DNA of 11,882 nt. It comes from a candidate division WOR-3 bacterium. GTDB lineage: Bacteria; Hydrothermota; Tepidihabitantia; SM23-42; JAOAFX01. Below, piece after piece: positions 7,491 to 11,882 of this stretch (its first letter is position 1; each line of letters opens with the position of its first letter). The notes under the pieces are model-generated. The model saw only the letters and a program-made list of their open reading frames with translations. It did not search any database and was not told the DNA's origin. Location of the stretch: contig JBDRWI010000067.1 of the NCBI GenBank assembly GCA_039802265.1, positions 1 through 11,882 on the forward strand. The letters are read 5' to 3'. The translations under genes and the position numbers were made by a program.

Positions 7491-8528
7491 TTACTCTAAT
7501 TCATACCTACTCGTGCCACACCAGCTGGTAAACTCTTTAAGGTATTTATTTGTGGCAAACCATTTATTATTTTTTCGATCAATGTAAACAAAAGAAATCG
7601 CATTATTTAATAACCCACAATTCCCTCTTGGGTCATTATAATTAATCCTTGCATGACTATAAAAATCTTTCCACTCGTTATTTTCAAACTTCGATACCCC
7701 ATACCAGGCTATCCAAATATTATTTTTTGAATCAAAATCAAATACCGATGAACTCCTTCCGATATCTTTCTTACTGATATTCCCGTTTTCAAAAATGAAA
7801 AATTTACCTCCCACTCCCATCTGCTCGGGGAACCAAATTCTGCCATTCCTATCTAAAACTAGAGAGTGAAGAGCATAAATCGCCCCAGTGTCTACTAAGA
7901 AAGATTGCCATTCATTACCATTGTAAAAGGCGAATCCGCTATCTGTGAGACAGAGAATAAATCCATATCCATCAATTTCTAAATCAAGAATTTTATTACT
8001 CGGTAATCCATCATTTACCGTGAATGTCTCCCAAGTCGTTAAGTTTGTTCTCGTTAGTCCCGATTTTGTTCCAATCCAGATTTTACTACTTTTATCAATT
8101 CTAATTACCGTTACCGAATCACTAACTAATCCAGATTGTTTATTATAAGTCCGCCAAATAGTTCCATCATAGATTGCAAACCCTTGGTCTTTGAAACCTA
8201 CATAAAGTTTTCCATTATCGGCGCCATAAACATCAGATACAAACACTGGTTCACTTATACTGATTACACTCGCCGGTATTCTCTGCCAGTTTTCTCCATC
8301 AAAGCGGAATAATCCTTCGGTTCCACTAACTTCCCCACCCATCCAGATATTCCCCTGCAAATCATCAGTCATACAAGTTGGGAATACTTCAGGATAATTC
8401 ACCCAACCAATCATCTCTTCCGGGGTTGGTGACTGGATATCATGCTGCCCAATATGACCTAATTCCCAACAGTTTATTGTAAAAATAATAAACAAAACAA
8501 GGAGCATAATTTCTAATTTGTTTCTCAT
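7491..8528 (-). CDS. Beta-propeller lipoprotein A, 345 aa; paralog of 5622..6668
   Basis: Hydrophobic signal ending at C20 (FTINC, a weak lipobox), AGGA SD and ATGA overlap with the upstream gene. The N-terminal half is nearly identical to lipoprotein B. The C-terminal half is divergent but still propeller-like and ends SRYELE versus SKFELD. Confidence 0.9.
   Translation of the reverse strand: MRNKLEIMLLVLFIIFTINCWELGHIGQHDIQSPTPEEMIGWVNYPEVFPTCMTDDLQGNIWMGGEVSGTEGLFRFDGENWQRIPASVISISEPVFVSDVYGADNGKLYVGFKDQGFAIYDGTIWRTYNKQSGLVSDSVTVIRIDKSSKIWIGTKSGLTRTNLTTWETFTVNDGLPSNKILDLEIDGYGFILCLTDSGFAFYNGNEWQSFLVDTGAIYALHSLVLDRNGRIWFPEQMGVGGKFFIFENGNISKKDIGRSSSVFDFDSKNNIWIAWYGVSKFENNEWKDFYSHARINYNDPRGNCGLLNNAISFVYIDRKNNKWFATNKYLKEFTSWCGTSRYELE
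8068..8471. repeat. 404-bp near-identical direct repeat (lipoprotein A 5' half)
   Basis: Partner of 6196..6599. Similarity begins exactly at the codon for the predicted lipidated Cys. Confidence 0.95.
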
Positions 8529-9361
8529 AGTTCCTTTCCTTTTTTTATCAAAATGCTCAATCCTAAATATACTTTATAATAACGCCACAACCACCAAGCG
8601 TTACGGAAACTGCGCACTTCACCTTGCTCAACCATCTCGGTTTGTAAAGAATATTCATCAAACGCTTGTTTAGGTAAAAAACAGAGACCACAGCGGAAAT
8701 AACTGGGTAAATTCTGCTTAACATTAAATTTGAAACTTACCCCTATAATATATGCTAAAAGATTCTCTTTTGACCATCGTTTCTCACCCAGACGATAGAA
8801 TTCGCCCTGTGAATAGAAACCCTCACCCATCAACCATAACCTTTCACTCAAAGCAAATTGTAAACCAAATCCTAACATCGGCACAATCTTTAACTTCATC
8901 TTATCAAGATAGAAATCTAAAGGCCCCAAACTCTTACCAAAATTATTCCAGCCATAATTGGCAAAGGCGTGCAAGGTAATTATCTGCCCTGAATGTTTAC
9001 TTAAAACTAAACATCCCCGCAGACCAGTAAGATAACGTCCAGATATTGAACCCCAACCTTTCGCCTCAATTTCTGTACTAATGGCAACTGGTTTACTCTC
9101 AAAGTCATCCCATAAGCCAAACTTGAAACCCAATGCACCATAATAATTCCAATAATCGCCTTTTGCAGTATACCATAACGCCCCGGATAAAAGTTCAACA
9201 TTTTTATTAAGTCCGTAGCGCAAATGAAAAGGGAAATTCCAAGTCAACGCCTTTTGCTCAAGCACATAAGCACTTGGCACAACAAAAATCGGTTCACTCC
9301 GCCAAACTTGATTATTAGGGGTAAAAGTTAAAAAAATAAAATTAAAGATTATTATATTCAT
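8525..9361 (-). CDS. Hypothetical protein, probable outer-membrane beta-barrel, 278 aa
   Basis: Hydrophobic N-terminus and alternating amphipathic strands rich in Gly and aromatics (LRYGL, LGFKFGL, LHAFANYG, GFGLQFAL, IIGVSFKF, VYLGLSI). ATGA overlaps occur at both ends. Confidence 0.7.
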   Translation of the reverse strand: MNIIIFNFIFLTFTPNNQVWRSEPIFVVPSAYVLEQKALTWNFPFHLRYGLNKNVELLSGALWYTAKGDYWNYYGALGFKFGLWDDFESKPVAISTEIEAKGWGSISGRYLTGLRGCLVLSKHSGQIITLHAFANYGWNNFGKSLGPLDFYLDKMKLKIVPMLGFGLQFALSERLWLMGEGFYSQGEFYRLGEKRWSKENLLAYIIGVSFKFNVKQNLPSYFRCGLCFLPKQAFDEYSLQTEMVEQGEVRSFRNAWWLWRYYKVYLGLSILIKKGKEL

Positions 9362-9972
9362 TGCAACTGATAACTGACTAATCTTGTCGTTCTAATCTCA
9401 ATACGTTCAGGTATTGCTAAAGAATCCTTAACCATCCCTACACCATCGGCAAACCAGATATATTGAATTATCGTGTAATTGCCCAGCAATGTATCTTCTT
9501 TTTCAAATTGGGTTTTCACCTTCCAGCAATTTGCAAATGTGCCTGCGGGCACAGTTACATTTTCTTTACCTATACATTTAAATTCTACTTCAATCGGCTC
9601 GGAATGGGTTATTGTTTCAATCGGTGTTTTCCAGGACTGACCCACTGCAATAGGAGTTGCTAACATAGTAGTCGCTAAGCCACCGAGGGTATCTTTCATA
9701 ATAAAACCACTCGGCACTTGCGCCATAAAATTATTCGTGAAATCTTCCCAGGTAGATGCCGAATCCCAAATATCCTGGGGCAAAGAATCAGGCCAGGGAT
9801 AACTGGTGAAACCATAAAAAATTGTATCACCTTTTTGAAATTGCTTCATGATGGTGATTGAAAATCCATTATCATACTCCCAGCGATTACCGACGGCTAA
9901 TGGAAAATAAAAATCATCCGCCATTAGTAGTCTTAAACTATTGACCATCAAAACAATCAAAAATTTCTGCAT
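9358..9972 (-). CDS. Exported hypothetical protein, DUF3108-like, 204 aa
   Basis: Strong SD GGGAGGT at 9978-9984. The motifs YFPLAVGNRWEY, ENVTVPAGTFANCWKV and WFADGVGMVK are typical of DUF3108-like beta-sheet proteins (recognised by pattern, not searched). Confidence 0.75.
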   Translation of the reverse strand: MQKFLIVLMVNSLRLLMADDFYFPLAVGNRWEYDNGFSITIMKQFQKGDTIFYGFTSYPWPDSLPQDIWDSASTWEDFTNNFMAQVPSGFIMKDTLGGLATTMLATPIAVGQSWKTPIETITHSEPIEVEFKCIGKENVTVPAGTFANCWKVKTQFEKEDTLLGNYTIIQYIWFADGVGMVKDSLAIPERIEIRTTRLVSYQLQ

Positions 9973-9977
9973 TTCCT

Positions 9978-9984
9978 ACCTCCC
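9978..9984 (-). promoter_or_regulatory. Shine-Dalgarno sequence of the first operon gene
   Basis: GGGAGGT lies 5 nt upstream of ATG 9972. Confidence 0.85.
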
Positions 9985-10012
9985 TTTAATTCATTGTCCC
10001 ATCTTTCCTTCA

Positions 10013-10049
10013 TTAGAGAATACCCGCCACTTCAGGAAGGTGTCTCTAA
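10013..10049. repeat. Imperfect inverted repeat (hairpin) in the predicted 5' leader
   Basis: TTAGAGA (10013-10019) pairs with TCTCTAA (10043-10049), and the stem extends inward through TACC/GGTG with a bulge. Confidence 0.45.
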
Positions 10050-10185
10050 CAGGTTTTACTTTTCAATCTGGTATTTGCCCTTTTAGAAAAACCAAATTTC
10101 CCGCTTCTCTTTTTTAAAAACCGCATTTCTATTACTTAAGACTCAAGCATCGGTTTCTCAAATTCCAATAACCAAATCTAACTGT

Positions 10186-10213
10186 ATTATACATCAGATT
10201 TGCCAATTGTCAA
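10186..10213 (-). promoter_or_regulatory. Consensus sigma70-type promoter
   Basis: Minus strand: TTGACA (10213-10208), a 16-nt spacer, then TATAAT (10191-10186). It points into the 9972 gene from the only large intergenic gap. Confidence 0.85.
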
Positions 10214-11882
10214 GCCCCGAATTTTTCACCCCCATCACCCTGTGGGTCAATTATTAACTTTACTGAATCACCCTGGGCAACGAAATTCATATTAAAATTC
10301 GGGTCACCATAAGTTGGGTCAGTTGGAAACTTCTCACAATGCCAGGTATTGGGAATTGGAAAACTATCAAGAACTTCAATATCATCAATATAGCCTTCAA
10401 AATAACCAATCTCTGAATTATCGTGGTCATCATAAATCAAAACCAGATAGTCAATTGTTTCTTTTACTGCCGGATTAAAAGAAAAGACATACTGACACCA
10501 CTCGCCTTTCGGTGCAGAATGCAGTGCCGGATGAATCCTCTGTCCAGTTTGGTCTAACACATAACCGAATCTATTCCAATTTCGCAAAATCTCACCATCC
10601 TTTGTATAGGCATCCATACAGATATGACCAGAATCGGTTGGCGCATCTTCAATATAGAGCCAGAAAGAAAAATAAGTGGAGTCGTGCACCACAAAATCAT
10701 AAGGAAAGACCTTGAAGATCACAAAACTATTCTGACTTGTAGATGTATCCACACCAGAAATCTTGAACATAAAATTCCCGGAATGGGGACCAACACCGTT
10801 CATATAGCCACTTACTACCCTTCCCTCACAGTCCTTAACACCTTGGGCATCAACGAGAATATTATCTAAACCAGCCGGGTCTGTATATTCAAACCCTGAA
10901 TAGGTAAAATACTTTGTCCCAAAGACCCCATCCGATTCATCCCTTGACCGATTGCCGCTGGCATCTGATGCAACAACTTTGATTTTATATTGCTCGCACC
11001 ATTCAGGCACAGTCCACTCGTAAGAAACTGTGGTTGCGGGCAAATTCACCGCAATCACATTCCAGGTCTGCCCGGCATTCGTTGAATATAAGACGCTATC
11101 AACCTTCCCTGTCTTTACATTATCCATTGCATACCAGCAAATATTTATCTTCTGTTCAACATGCAGACTCTCGCCACCATTTGGATAAGAGACAATCACC
11201 TGCGGCGGAATTGTATCAATCAATAGATTCAAATTGTCAAACCAGGCATCGCCAACAAATGCCGGATTGCCATAGAGCATTACTTGAATTGTGTCCTCGT
11301 AAGAACGAGTGGTTAGAGAATCGCAGACATAGGTCCAATCAGTATTTCCTGAGACATAACCAAAGTCCCGATGGTGATTTGTATCTGGATGCTGATGCCA
11401 GACACCAAATGCTAAATTCGCATAGCCGGCGGTTGCTTCTGTTTTTATATAACCCTGAAGCCAGTATAATTTATTCGGTTCAACTGGAATCTTCTCTTGA
11501 TAAAAACCAAAATAACTTGCTGAAGCACTTCTTTTAATATGCGCGGAAAATTGTCCATCCTGAATCTCTTGCCAGTCCGCCTCAAATAAATCACCAGTGC
11601 CATAACTATTCCATAGATAAGGCTTATTTTCAGAAACCTCCTCAAAATTGGGATTAAAGACAAGTTCTTTGGTCGTGGTAAATGGACCAACTTCTTTGGC
11701 ACACATCATTCCCGCACCATCATAAGCCACTATTTTTATCTTTAGCCCTGAAACGAGTGTATCTGGCACAGTCCAGTTTAACTGTTGTATAGAACCGGAT
11801 AAATCTCCACCAATCTGGGTATAGGTTGTCCCATTATCAAGGCTGTAATAAACCCTGTGTTTTACTACACCAACATTATCCG
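10210..11882 (-). CDS. 3' part of a large multidomain surface or secreted protein (Ig-like, CBM4/9-like, Ig-like, beta-sandwich module); 5' partial and apparently C-terminally truncated; paralog of the giant ORF
   Basis: The frame stays open upstream of the listed GTG 11769 to the window edge (DNVGVVKHRVYYSLDNGTTY...NWTVPD). ELVFNPNFEE...WFDNLNL is CBM-like. PNGGE...RDESD..SGFE..APTDSGHIC..IHPALHSAPKG..YIDDI aligns with the giant ORF at about 2850-1980. Confidence 0.88.
   Translation of the reverse strand, partial: DNVGVVKHRVYYSLDNGTTYTQIGGDLSGSIQQLNWTVPDTLVSGLKIKIVAYDGAGMMCAKEVGPFTTTKELVFNPNFEEVSENKPYLWNSYGTGDLFEADWQEIQDGQFSAHIKRSASASYFGFYQEKIPVEPNKLYWLQGYIKTEATAGYANLAFGVWHQHPDTNHHRDFGYVSGNTDWTYVCDSLTTRSYEDTIQVMLYGNPAFVGDAWFDNLNLLIDTIPPQVIVSYPNGGESLHVEQKINICWYAMDNVKTGKVDSVLYSTNAGQTWNVIAVNLPATTVSYEWTVPEWCEQYKIKVVASDASGNRSRDESDGVFGTKYFTYSGFEYTDPAGLDNILVDAQGVKDCEGRVVSGYMNGVGPHSGNFMFKISGVDTSTSQNSFVIFKVFPYDFVVHDSTYFSFWLYIEDAPTDSGHICMDAYTKDGEILRNWNRFGYVLDQTGQRIHPALHSAPKGEWCQYVFSFNPAVKETIDYLVLIYDDHDNSEIGYFEGYIDDIEVLDSFPIPNTWHCEKFPTDPTYGDPNFNMNFVAQGDSVKLIIDPQGDGGEKFGA

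Noticed and set aside
6196..8471. Diversity-generating retroelement template/variable repeat pair
   Set aside because: Mismatches are mostly synonymous and not confined to adenines, both copies are coding, and no reverse transcriptase is present in the window.
10046..10126. 26-codon basic minus-strand ORF in the leader (MRFLKKRSGKFGFSKRANTRLKSKTC)
   Set aside because: It has no SD, and its composition is explained by A/T tracts. Nothing supports a leader peptide.
11767..11769. Listed GTG start of the 519-aa ORF
   Set aside because: The frame is open to the window edge and the GTG falls mid Ig-like domain (NWTVPD), so the true start is outside the window.
1..11882. CRISPR array, tRNA/rRNA genes or intrinsic terminators
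   Set aside because: No regularly spaced short repeats, RNA-gene signatures or GC stem plus U-tract were seen. The window is almost entirely coding.

Overview
The window holds one co-oriented minus-strand cluster of envelope or secreted proteins from a probably diderm bacterium. In transcription order (high to low coordinate): (1) the 3' part of a large Ig-like/CBM-like multidomain gene that stops mid-domain; (2) a consensus TTGACA-N16-TATAAT promoter; (3) a 204-aa DUF3108-like exported protein; (4) a 278-aa beta-barrel-like protein; (5) beta-propeller lipoprotein A; (6) a truncated N-terminal Zn-dependent phospholipase C/P1-nuclease-like cassette missing four metal ligands; (7) beta-propeller lipoprotein B; (8) a giant ORF (>1868 aa, 5605 to beyond base 1) absent from the supplied ORF track. 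The giant ORF has a signal peptide, a complete tri-zinc PLC/P1-like domain, two FN3 domains, a propeller-like region, Ig-like domains and repeated beta-sandwich modules. The main signal is a tandem cassette structure. Two units of [conserved lipoprotein 5' half, variable lipoprotein 3' half, variable enzyme N-terminus, conserved enzyme segment] are bracketed by a 404-bp repeat (about 95% identical) and a 539-bp identical repeat. This resembles a mirror-image polymorphic toxin/immunity locus, with an N-terminal effector and an upstream orphan module. That functional reading is inference, and an assembly artefact must be excluded.
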